Shown here piece after piece: positions 18,224 to 26,616 of a stretch of DNA of 64,000 bases. Position 1 is the first letter of the stretch. Every line of letters starts with the position of its first letter. A program made the position numbers and the translations under genes. The notes beneath the pieces were generated by a model. That model ran no database searches. It was not told the DNA's origin and saw only the letters and a list, made by a program, of their open reading frames with translations. The DNA comes from an uncultured Thermoplasmata archaeon (GTDB lineage Archaea > Thermoplasmatota > Thermoplasmata > SG8-5). Location: NCBI GenBank assembly GCA_964354755.1, contig CAYHBA010000005.1, forward strand, positions 13,014 to 77,013. Direction: 5' to 3'.

Positions 18224-19270
18224 ATGAACAAATGCCCGACATGTTCGAATCCCCTGAGTTATGTGCAGCAATATCAGCAGTGGTACTGCCACACATGCCA
18301 GGCCTATAAGGTCCCTGCTGTGGCTCCTGCGCAGCCGCAACATCAGCAGCAACCGGCGCAGCCCTATGCACAACCGCAGCAGCAACACCAATATCAACAG
18401 CCCGCACAACAGCAAAACCAGGGCCAATACCAGCAGCCCCATCAGGCTCCGACCCAACAGGCATACCAGCAGCAGCCTGCGCAGCAGCAATATCAACAGC
18501 CTGCACAGCAGTCGCAATACCAGGCACAACCCCAGTACGAACAGCCGGTCCAGCAACCCCTGCAGCAGCAATACGAACCGCAGCCCCAACCCATGGTCAG
18601 CGCTGACCTAGTCTGCCGGATAGAGCACTCCCCATCATTCTCAGTCCTGATATTCAGCCTGAAGCCTGGGCAGAGCGTTCTCACCGAAAAAGGGGCCATG
18701 ATGTACATGCACAACACGATAGACATCGAGACGCACGGCCGGAAGGGCGGTCTTACCACTTCCATCCTGGGCGGTGAATCCTTCTTCGTGAACACATACA
18801 CGGCCGCGCGCGGTCCAGGCGAGCTTGCCCTGGTTGGCCCGACAATGGGCGACATAAAGGCGTTGGATGTCGCATACAGGCCTATGATACTTCAGAGCGG
18901 CGCATTCCTTGCATCCCACACAACGGTAGAACTGGACACCAAGTGGCAGGGCCTCAAGGGCTTCCTCTCGGAACGGGACTTCGTCATGCTGCGGGCCTCG
19001 GGCCAGGGCAAAGTTTGGGTCACAAGCTTCGGAGCCATAATGGAGAAGAACCTGCAGCCCGGGGAGGTATTATCTGTCGACACTGGTCATCTGGTCGCAT
19101 TCCCGGACACCCTGCAGTTCTCGGTTCGCCGGGTGGGCGGCTGGAAGTCCACGCTGCTCAGCGGCGAAGGCCTCGTGACGGATTTGGTCGGGCCGGGGAA
19201 GATACTGCTCCAGACGCGGACGATACCGGCGTTCGCTGTGTCGCTGATACCGTATCTGCCTCAGAAATAG
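18224..19270 (+). CDS. Zinc-ribbon, Q/P-rich low-complexity region, then an AIM24/DUF124 (TIGR00266) domain protein
   Basis: 348 aa. MNKCPTCSNPLSY..WYCHTCQ forms a zinc ribbon. An ~110-aa Q/P/A/Y-rich region follows (QQQPAQPYAQPQQQHQYQQ...). The C-terminal ~210 aa match the AIM24 fold family. A TATA-like box (tctatatatt) and an SD (ggag) lie upstream. Confidence 0.7.
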   Translation: MNKCPTCSNPLSYVQQYQQWYCHTCQAYKVPAVAPAQPQHQQQPAQPYAQPQQQHQYQQPAQQQNQGQYQQPHQAPTQQAYQQQPAQQQYQQPAQQSQYQAQPQYEQPVQQPLQQQYEPQPQPMVSADLVCRIEHSPSFSVLIFSLKPGQSVLTEKGAMMYMHNTIDIETHGRKGGLTTSILGGESFFVNTYTAARGPGELALVGPTMGDIKALDVAYRPMILQSGAFLASHTTVELDTKWQGLKGFLSERDFVMLRASGQGKVWVTSFGAIMEKNLQPGEVLSVDTGHLVAFPDTLQFSVRRVGGWKSTLLSGEGLVTDLVGPGKILLQTRTIPAFAVSLIPYLPQK

Positions 19271-19304
19271 GCGAATTCGGTTCATAGATTTATAGGTGCA
19301 GCAT

Positions 19305-19329
19305 GCCCCGCCTGTTAGGGCGGGGTTTT
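19305..19329 (+). terminator. GC hairpin plus T4 tract downstream of the AIM24-domain gene (intrinsic-terminator-like)
   Basis: gccccgcctgttagggcggggtttt. A near-identical 35-bp copy lies inverted at 11296-11330. Confidence 0.5.
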
Positions 19330-19390
19330 GACAGCATTCTGGAACCGAGTGCGAATTACCCAAACATCTGGGGTATTTTGATGCAAAAAG

Positions 19391-19723
19391 CCCCGGGTGT
19401 AAGCCCGGGGTTGCATTTGGGAAGCTCTTGCAAAGGGGCGATTCTCTCTATCTTCCGCGGAAACACAGGCGAAGGGTCGGCGCCAAAGCTTCGGGACCGG
19501 GTTGTGTGCCGATTTAAACACCCCCCCGCCCTCACAGGCGAGGCTTCCTAAGGATGAGCTCAATCGTCACCAACCCGGTTCGCCCAACCGGGTCACGACC
19601 CCGGCCTTGACGCCGAATTCAACAATTCGGCTAACTCGCATTGATGCTCATTGAATGCTGGGGCGCTACAATGCTCGTCCAGTCGAGGCATGATGGCGAA
19701 GGCTGGAACTGAACACAGGGATG
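19391..19723 (+). ncRNA. Candidate structured non-coding RNA, copy A (homolog of the inverted copy at 36115-36308)
   Basis: No plausible ORF. Hairpin ccccgggtgtaagcccgggg, conserved blocks gggaccgggttgtgtgcc and ttcctaaggatgagctca.tcgtcaccaacccggtt, and a 3' block tcgaggcatgatggcgaaggctggaactgaa with RUGAUGR/CUGA (C/D-box-like) spacing. T tracts follow at 19761-19775. Confidence 0.35.
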
Positions 19724-19866
19724 GTTGACCGGTGCCGTGGTGAGGGTTATGGTTTGGCGCTATTTTCGGCATTTTGGGGTACACTTGTAATCAGCAAATC
19801 GAATTATTAGCAACTTTTAATAAGATAATGGCATTCGCGCTACTGCTTTCAGCGATATAAGATAAC

Positions 19867-19939
19867 GCCACTGTAGCTCAGTCGGTGGAGCAGCTGATTT
19901 GTAATCAGCAGGCCGGGAGTTCAAATCTCTCCAGTGGCT
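19867..19939 (+). tRNA. tRNA-Thr (anticodon TGT); CCA not encoded
   Basis: Cloverleaf drawn by hand. Acceptor gccactg/cagtggc, D stem gctc/gagc, anticodon stem gctga/tcagc with loop tttgtaa (anticodon TGT), variable loop aggcc, T stem gggag/ctctc with loop ttcaaat, discriminator T. Confidence 0.9.
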
Positions 19940-19942
19940 CTT
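19925..19942 (+). repeat. 18-bp direct repeat copy 1 (3' end of tRNA-Thr: atctctccagtggctctt)
   Basis: Perfect 18/18 identity with 20019-20036. Confidence 0.8.
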
Positions 19943-20018
19943 AGCTTTTTATTAGCAGAACTGGTGAGAGAGTCGAATTGTGGATTAGGACAATCCAATA
20001 TCTGAACAATTCGACGGC

Positions 20019-20036
20019 ATCTCTCCAGTGGCTCTT
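20019..20036 (+). repeat. 18-bp direct repeat copy 2 (att-like duplicate of the tRNA-Thr 3' end)
   Basis: atctctccagtggctctt, 76 bp downstream of copy 1. The intervening 76 bp contain nested palindromes (gtcgaattg...caattcgac; tggatt...aatcca). Confidence 0.8.
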
Positions 20037-20257
20037 TAATATTTTTCCAGCCACATACCGTGCCCTTACAGGCACGGCTTGGATTGATTTATGCAATTGG
20101 TGTTTGTCACTTGCTAATAAAATAAAACAAGTACCCCGGTCTCTGCGCCGAATTGTGTGCAATTCGGCTTGCTCGCATCGATGCTAATAAACTGAAGCGG
20201 AGCTACGATGCTCGTCCACCCGGGGCATGCTGCATTTAGTTTCGCCCACCTCTCATC

Positions 20258-20860
20258 ATGCTTTTAATACCCGGTCAGCCACATCCACTCATGGATTCCG
20301 CCCCCCGCTTCTTCTATGCCAGCGTCACAGTGAACGAGCATCTCATCCTGGATTTGCTCAAGGATCACGGGGACTGCGTGCTGCACGATACGGAGTCCCC
20401 GCTGGCGAAGCGGTTCAGGAGGGACTGGGACGGAAGGTGCAAGTACGGCGACATCCTGGCGCTGTTCAGGAAGAACAACCTGGACTATCTCGTGGGAATT
20501 GAGGTGAAGGACTGGAAGGCCAGGGTCACTCCCAAGATGTGCTATCAGTACCTGAGGACCTACAGGAAAGGCTGCCAGTATTTCTACATCGCGGCAAGGC
20601 ATTTCTCGCCCAGGTCGTTCGACATCAGCGAGATCGGGTTCATCGACCTTGAGAAAATGGCAGTCATCAAAAAGCCCGAATACCTTCATCCCAGGAAGAA
20701 GGACAGGGAGGGCGTCATCCGCAAGATGAACAAAGCTCCGCAGCCCAGGCGGTATTTCATAATGCACCCTGACCAGACGACCATGGCGGATTTCACGGGT
20801 TCCGCAGCAGAATCCCAGGCCGGCGAATCACAGCCCCTTTTACCAGCGTCTCCCTTGTGA
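20258..20860 (+). CDS. Hypothetical protein with a PD-(D/E)xK-nuclease-like motif
   Basis: 200 aa with no recognisable family. GDILAL...DYLVGIEVKDWK fits a D-x(n)-E-x-K restriction-endonuclease-like core. Its 3' end overlaps the convergent MFS gene by 68 nt. Confidence 0.45.
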   Translation: MLLIPGQPHPLMDSAPRFFYASVTVNEHLILDLLKDHGDCVLHDTESPLAKRFRRDWDGRCKYGDILALFRKNNLDYLVGIEVKDWKARVTPKMCYQYLRTYRKGCQYFYIAARHFSPRSFDISEIGFIDLEKMAVIKKPEYLHPRKKDREGVIRKMNKAPQPRRYFIMHPDQTTMADFTGSAAESQAGESQPLLPASPL

Positions 20861-22001
20861 ACAGGGTTGCAATCAATCCGATTGCCGCCACGGCTGCAGC
20901 CAGGAAGAAAATATTGTCCAGCATTTCCCTGGCCAGGAGATAACCCGCAAGCATCGAACCAATCGCAGCGCCCATGTTGATGGCAGAGTTGACAAGCCCT
21001 ATTCCCCTTCCCCTCTCTTCGGGCTTTGTCAGGTCAGAAACCATGGTGAAAGCCCCGACGCTGAAGAATGACCAGACCGGTATGGCCCACAGAATCGCCG
21101 TCAGAATTGGGTCCACAGTCATGCCCATGCCCCACCAAACAAGGACGTAAGCCGCCCCCGCGCCCATAAGCACCTTTCTGCGTCCGTGCCTGTCGCAAGC
21201 ATGCCCGGCAAGCCCGGAAGCGAATATTCCGGTAACCGCAGAAAGCGCGGTGAACATCCCGGCCACCATTGTCACATCCCAGGGTATGTCCAGGCCCTTG
21301 AGGTAGATTGGGAAGACAGAGAACACTATGTATCCGGCAAGGGGCAGCAGCAGCGCTACCGAAGAGACAGCGATGACTCCTCTTCTATCTCCGAAGGACA
21401 AGATGCCGCTTTTTGAAATTGCAGGCCTGCTCTTGGACCGTTCCTTCATAGGCAGCAATGACAAGGCACCCAGGACTGTTATTATCCCGGCCAGCCAGAA
21501 CACAAGGGTGACTGCACCCGAGCCAACTGACATCTGGTTCGATTTCAGGAGAAAGCCGCTCGCAAGGGCGCCCGCCGCCTGGCCTATCGCACCCATCAGT
21601 GCAAGGTTTCCGACGGACATACCCTTCCTCTTCGGGAAGCATTCTGTCGCGACTGCGTTGAGCAACACAAAAGATGTGACAAACGATACCTGGACCAGTC
21701 TTAGGGCAATCAGTCCCGTGGAGCCAACAAAGGGCATTCCGAAGAACAGGATTCCGCCAACAGTCCCTGCAAGGACCATTACAATCCGCCTGCTTCCAAT
21801 CCAGTCCGATACAATGCCCCAGACAATGCTCATTGGCACGGCTGCCAGGAAAGGCAGTGCAATGATTATGCCGACCAGAAAGAAGTCCTGGCTTATTCCG
21901 TAGACATACAATGCCATTATCGGGTAAAGCATTCCGTTGATCACTGAAGTCAGGCCGGAAGCCAGCAGCACGTGCCTGTAGGTTTTCACGGTCCCGGGCA
22001 A
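20793..22001 (-). CDS. MFS transporter
   Basis: 402 aa, 12 predicted TM segments. MFS motif-like G-x3-D-(R/K)-x-G-R (GIVSDWIGSRRIV) and a second-half repeat (AGHACDRHGRRKV). Confidence 0.8.
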   Translation of the reverse strand: MPGTVKTYRHVLLASGLTSVINGMLYPIMALYVYGISQDFFLVGIIIALPFLAAVPMSIVWGIVSDWIGSRRIVMVLAGTVGGILFFGMPFVGSTGLIALRLVQVSFVTSFVLLNAVATECFPKRKGMSVGNLALMGAIGQAAGALASGFLLKSNQMSVGSGAVTLVFWLAGIITVLGALSLLPMKERSKSRPAISKSGILSFGDRRGVIAVSSVALLLPLAGYIVFSVFPIYLKGLDIPWDVTMVAGMFTALSAVTGIFASGLAGHACDRHGRRKVLMGAGAAYVLVWWGMGMTVDPILTAILWAIPVWSFFSVGAFTMVSDLTKPEERGRGIGLVNSAINMGAAIGSMLAGYLLAREMLDNIFFLAAAVAAIGLIATLFTRETLVKGAVIRRPGILLRNP

Positions 22002-22065
22002 TCCGTTCCCGGATTAATAGCTAGCGCAAGTAGGTTCGGCCATCCCCCCGAAGCATTATAATGCG

Positions 22066-24078
22066 GTGAACATCTCGCGCCGGACAATGTCAATGTTCTG
22101 CGAGAGATGCAAGGGACTTCTCAGGATACCGCCGAGCGGACGGTTCGAAGAAAGATATTGCCCCAGGTGCGGTGGCATTGCCGCAGACATTATGGTCCCG
22201 GAGGAGCTCCCGGCCTTCCCGGAGAAAGGCCATCCGACAATGCCATTCTTCCCATTCCCGGAAGTGAGGAAAGGCCAGGACAAGTTCATACGGGACGTTG
22301 CAAAATCCGTTTCCACCAGGAAACATCTGCTCGCCTATGCCCCGACAGGCATAGGCAAGACAGCGGCCGCCCTTGCGCCGGCAGTCGAGGCAGCCATGGA
22401 AATGGGCAAGTGCGTCTGTTTCCTCACATCCAAACAGTCGCAGCATCACATAGCCATCGAGACACTGAAGCGCATGAAGGCGGTTTCTGGGAGGAACATC
22501 AGGGTCGTGGACCTGATTTCCAAGCAGGCCATGTGCCCCTCCGACATAGCCCAGGAATACCCGCCGGCCTTCAGGATGCTGTGCTACATGAACGTGATAA
22601 GCCATTCCTGCCAGTACTTTGAAAACGAGGACCAGGACACTGTCGGGTTCATCAGGTCAAACGTGATGCACGTGGAGGAGGTCAAGACCCTGGCAACCCG
22701 CAGGAGAACCTGCCCGCACAGGGCTGCAATGCAGGCTGCCGAGGCTGCGGACGTCATAGTCTGCGATTACAATCATATATTCGACCTCGTGGTCCGCGGC
22801 AATCCAGAGGAGGCTTTCGGCCGGCCGGTGGAGAATTTTATAATCATAGTCGATGAAGCCCACAACCTTCCTGACCGCATCAGGGGCTATTATTCAATGA
22901 GTCTCACCGCCAACATGGTGGAGGAGGCCCTCTACGAGGTGAGGGACCGCCAGGTGGCAGAAATGCTGAAAGGCTTGAAAAAGGACCTGGGCAAGATGCT
23001 CGAGGACTTGGAAGAAGGCAAGGAGAAACTAACTGACTCGCGCCCCCTCCTTGAGGCCATCGAGAAGCGGCTGGGTCAGTCAATAACAGACCGCCTGGAC
23101 TTCGATTCGTTCATCGAACAGCTCAGGGACACCGGTGTCAAGAGGATGGCCGAGGGAAGGCAAAGCATAGCCTTCGAGATTGCCGAATTCCTCCAGGGCT
23201 ACAGGCAGAATATCAAGGGCCAGGTCAGGATATTGAGCCGGAAGGACGGCATGATGCTGAACTACAGACTCCTCGACCCCTCGACTGTTGCGGCCCCGAT
23301 GTTCGCCAGTTTCCATTCCAGCGTGCTCATGAGCGGGACACTGTTCCCGAACAATGTTTACGCGGACATACTGGGCATCCCGGAGAAATCCCGGATGCTG
23401 GGCACGTACAAATCCCCCTTCCCGGAGGAGAATAGGCCTGTTTTCCTGGCTGGCGATGTCACCACGCTCTACAACGAACGGGGCGACGCCATGTACAGGA
23501 AGATAGCCGCGCGTATAAGCGATGCCTGTTCTCAGATACCGGGCAATGTGGCAGTGTTCTTCCAGTCTTACGGCATGCTGGAGAGCGTGAGCCAGTTCAT
23601 AGAAACACCGAAGAAGCGCATTGCCGAGTCAAGGGAGTCCACCAAGGCGGAGAAACGCGACCTCGTGACAAACCTGGTCAAGCTGAAAGCCGGAAAAGGG
23701 GGCATCATGCTGGCCGTGATGGGCGGGTCCATGTCAGAGGGCATAGACTACCGGGACAACCTGCTTGACTCCGTGATAGTCGTGGGCGTGCCTTATGCAC
23801 CGCCGTCGCTGGAGCAGGACCAGCTCATCAAGTACTATGAAGAGAAGTTCGGCCAGGGCAGGGGCAGGGATTATGGATACATATACCCTGCAATGAACAG
23901 GGTGCTCCAAGCACTCGGCAGATGCATCAGGTCTGAAACGGACAGGGCCGCTGTCATCCTGCTGGACAGGCGCTTCAGCAATCCCGTGTACAGGAAATAT
24001 TTCCCCCGGGACATCAGGCTGGACAACCCGAAGGACCTGAACGCCAGCCTCGGAAGGTTCTACGGCCAAAAGGGTTGA
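22066..24078 (+). CDS. xpd: XPD/Rad3-family 5'-3' DNA helicase (Fe-S helicase) with an extra N-terminal C4 zinc ribbon
   Basis: 670 aa. Helicase motif I AYAPTGIGKT, Fe-S domain with 4 Cys (CPSD...C..C...CPH), DEAH-box variant VDEAHNL, C-terminal motifs GSMSEGIDY and QALGRCIRSETD. N-terminus reads FCERCKGLL...YCPRCGG. Confidence 0.85.
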   Translation: MNISRRTMSMFCERCKGLLRIPPSGRFEERYCPRCGGIAADIMVPEELPAFPEKGHPTMPFFPFPEVRKGQDKFIRDVAKSVSTRKHLLAYAPTGIGKTAAALAPAVEAAMEMGKCVCFLTSKQSQHHIAIETLKRMKAVSGRNIRVVDLISKQAMCPSDIAQEYPPAFRMLCYMNVISHSCQYFENEDQDTVGFIRSNVMHVEEVKTLATRRRTCPHRAAMQAAEAADVIVCDYNHIFDLVVRGNPEEAFGRPVENFIIIVDEAHNLPDRIRGYYSMSLTANMVEEALYEVRDRQVAEMLKGLKKDLGKMLEDLEEGKEKLTDSRPLLEAIEKRLGQSITDRLDFDSFIEQLRDTGVKRMAEGRQSIAFEIAEFLQGYRQNIKGQVRILSRKDGMMLNYRLLDPSTVAAPMFASFHSSVLMSGTLFPNNVYADILGIPEKSRMLGTYKSPFPEENRPVFLAGDVTTLYNERGDAMYRKIAARISDACSQIPGNVAVFFQSYGMLESVSQFIETPKKRIAESRESTKAEKRDLVTNLVKLKAGKGGIMLAVMGGSMSEGIDYRDNLLDSVIVVGVPYAPPSLEQDQLIKYYEEKFGQGRGRDYGYIYPAMNRVLQALGRCIRSETDRAAVILLDRRFSNPVYRKYFPRDIRLDNPKDLNASLGRFYGQKG

Positions 24079-24114
24079 ATCCTCTCTACACAACAGGGAC
24101 GAGAGAGGAATCAA

Positions 24115-25272
24115 TCATTCCAGGCCGGACTCCAGCCTCTCCAGGGCCTCCCTTACCGTTTCCATGCTGGTGGCATAGGATAACCGGATGTATCCCTCAC
24201 CGCTCGGGCCGAACCCTGTCCCGGGCAGCAGCGCGATGCCCAGTTTCTCGATTGCGAAATCGGCGAACTGCCTGCTGTCCATGCCCGTCTTCGTGATGTT
24301 TGGGAAGGCGTAGAATGCGCCCTGCGGCATTACGCAGCTGAGCTTGGGAATCCTGTTCAGGCCGTTCACGAGTGTGTCTCGGCGCTCCCTGAAGGTCTTC
24401 ATCATCATGTCAACGAACTGCGGGCCTTTGAGCGCTGCAATGCCGCCATGCTGGATGAACTCGGGCACGCATGAGACCGAGGTTTCCAGGACTCTGGTCA
24501 TCTTTTCGATTACGTCCTTCGGGCCCACGGCATAACCCAGCCGCCATCCTGTCATGGCATATGACTTGGAGAATCCGTCCAGGAGTATTGTCCTTTCCTT
24601 GCACTCGTCCCGGACTGCTGCGCTGTGGTGCTTCCTGTCGTATGTCATCTTGCTGTAAATCTCGTCCGAGAGCAGGTAAACATCCCTCTCCTCGGCAATC
24701 TCGGCAACCCTTTCAATCTCCCCCTCGGTCATCACCCCTCCGGTGGGGTTTGACGGGGAATTGACAATTATCAGCCTGGTCTTTTCATCCAAAGCCTTCT
24801 CCAGGTCGTCCGGGTCCAGCCTGAACTCGTTCTCCTCCTTCAACCTGACCATGTTTCCTTTCACCCCGGAGCACTGCAACACGGCCAGATAGGTCAGGAA
24901 CATCGGGTCTTGCAAGGCTATGTTGTGCCTCTGGTCGGCCACGCATGTCACCAGATAGTAAATTATCGGGTTCCCTCCGGGCGTTACAAGGACCTGGTCG
25001 GGCTCCGGCCTGAATCCCCTTGTCCTCTCGACCTCCTCGCATATCGCCTCCCTCAGCTCGAATATCCCGTTGGAATTGACATATCTGGTCCGCCCTTCTC
25101 TCAAGGCTTTTACCGCAGCGTCCTTTATGTGGTCGGGTGTGTCGAAGTTGGGTTCGCCGATCTCGAAGTGCAGGACTTTCCTGCCCTGCCTCTCCAGGGC
25201 TTTGGCCTTGGCAAGGTACTCGAATGCCGCATTCGGCGTAATCCTTAGGGCGCTGTCCGTGAAAGACCTCAT
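24115..25272 (-). CDS. PLP-dependent aminotransferase, class I (aspartate/aromatic aminotransferase-like)
   Basis: The in-frame ATG at 25272 (MRSFTDSALRI) was chosen because the track start is a TTG. Fold-type I aminotransferase motifs are present (NPTG, SKSYAMTGWRLGY with the PLP lysine). Confidence 0.85.
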   Translation of the reverse strand: MRSFTDSALRITPNAAFEYLAKAKALERQGRKVLHFEIGEPNFDTPDHIKDAAVKALREGRTRYVNSNGIFELREAICEEVERTRGFRPEPDQVLVTPGGNPIIYYLVTCVADQRHNIALQDPMFLTYLAVLQCSGVKGNMVRLKEENEFRLDPDDLEKALDEKTRLIIVNSPSNPTGGVMTEGEIERVAEIAEERDVYLLSDEIYSKMTYDRKHHSAAVRDECKERTILLDGFSKSYAMTGWRLGYAVGPKDVIEKMTRVLETSVSCVPEFIQHGGIAALKGPQFVDMMMKTFRERRDTLVNGLNRIPKLSCVMPQGAFYAFPNITKTGMDSRQFADFAIEKLGIALLPGTGFGPSGEGYIRLSYATSMETVREALERLESGLE

Positions 25273-25329
25273 TGCGCCGGGCAATAACCCTCCGCATGAC
25301 AAATATCTTTTCCATGCTTTCGATGGAAA

Positions 25330-25923
25330 ATGTTTTATAGTCTGGAGGGACTATGTTCAAGCGAGAGCATGAAAGGCAAGCTTCCTGTCAGCGAGATAAT
25401 GTGCACGGACATCCCCCTGATGGAGCCGTTCGATACAGTGGAGGACGCCGCAGCCAAGATGGTCGAGCATGCCACCGGCTGCGTCATCATCACTGAGGAA
25501 GGGAATCCGATAGGCATGGTCACGGAGCGCGACATAGTAAGAAAAGTGGTGAGTGCCAGGAAGAATCCTGCCAGGGTGCAGCTGAAGGAGATAATGAGCT
25601 CGCCCATCGTATGGATACCAAGGAACACGGACATCCTTGAGGCTGCCAGACAGATGTCAAAGTTGAAGATAAGGAAACTGGTCGTGATGCACGAAGGCCG
25701 GCTACTCGGCGTGGTCTCGGTCCAGGATATTCTCGGAATCGCTCCACACCTCATCGAGGTTACTAGGGAACTGGCAAATCTCTCATCCGAGCAGGACGAC
25801 ATGCTCACGGCATCGATTGAGCAGGCATCCGGCTACTGCGAATCATGCAAAGTTTATTCGGACATGCTCGAGTATCATGATGATTTACTCATCTGCCCGG
25901 ACTGCAAGGAAAGGCTCGAGTGA
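25330..25923 (+). CDS. CBS-domain pair protein with a C-terminal zinc ribbon
   Basis: Two CBS motifs (VSEIMCTDIP..., LKEIMSSPIVWI...) and a C-terminal C..C...CPDC ribbon. The alternative ATG at 25369 (MKGKLPVSEIM) would give a canonical CBS N-terminus. Confidence 0.7.
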   Translation: MFYSLEGLCSSESMKGKLPVSEIMCTDIPLMEPFDTVEDAAAKMVEHATGCVIITEEGNPIGMVTERDIVRKVVSARKNPARVQLKEIMSSPIVWIPRNTDILEAARQMSKLKIRKLVVMHEGRLLGVVSVQDILGIAPHLIEVTRELANLSSEQDDMLTASIEQASGYCESCKVYSDMLEYHDDLLICPDCKERLE

Positions 25924-25968
25924 GGCCGACTAGTTACCTTTTTATAAACACCCGGTTTTCCTTCACAC

Positions 25969-26616
25969 ATGAAGCTTAATAGCCGACTGATACTGGCGCT
26001 GGACATCACGGATTGCGAGAAGGCCAATACGATAGTCTCAAAGGTCGCGGGCAGCGTAGATGCCGTGAAGGTGAATTATCCATTCGTTCTGGGCTGCGGC
26101 ATGGGCGCGGTCAGGGAGCTGGCTGAAAAGACCGATGTCATTTGCGACTTCAAGGTCGCGGACATACCCAACACGAACCGCCTTATCGTCGAGCAGGTGG
26201 TTAGATTAGGCGCGAAGGGCATGATATGCCATGCATTCCCTGGCAGGGACTCCCTGGAGGCCTGCATAAAGGCAGCTTCGGGAATGGATGTTTTCGTCGT
26301 CACCGAGATGAGCCATCCCGGAGCCGGGATGTTCATGGCCCCGGTGGCCGAGAAGATGGCCAGGCTGGCAGTCGAGGTCGGAGCTTCCGGGATAATTGCA
26401 CCGGCAACGAGGCCGGAGAGGATCATAGCACTGAGGAAAATAGTGGGTGGCCTGAAGATTCTTTCTCCCGGGGTCAGCGCCCAGGGCGGCTCGGCCGCCG
26501 ACACGATAAGGGCAGGCGCGGATTACATAATAGTCGGAAGGGCGATATACGACGCCAAAGACCCGGTCAAGGCTGCCAATGAGCTCGCCAGGGAAATCAA
26601 GGATGCAATCAGATGA
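25969..26616 (+). CDS. pyrF: Orotidine 5'-phosphate decarboxylase
   Basis: 215 aa. LILALD, the KVADIPNT catalytic Lys motif, and GADYIIVGRAI at the C-terminus. Confidence 0.85.
   Translation: MKLNSRLILALDITDCEKANTIVSKVAGSVDAVKVNYPFVLGCGMGAVRELAEKTDVICDFKVADIPNTNRLIVEQVVRLGAKGMICHAFPGRDSLEACIKAASGMDVFVVTEMSHPGAGMFMAPVAEKMARLAVEVGASGIIAPATRPERIIALRKIVGGLKILSPGVSAQGGSAADTIRAGADYIIVGRAIYDAKDPVKAANELAREIKDAIR

Noticed and set aside
19978-20187. Small ORFs (63-82 aa) in the tRNA/ncRNA region (19303-19551, 19315-19563, 19593-19784, 19978-20187).
   Set aside because: They overlap structured repeats and the tRNA. They lack start contexts and have no conservation between the two ncRNA copies at the protein level.
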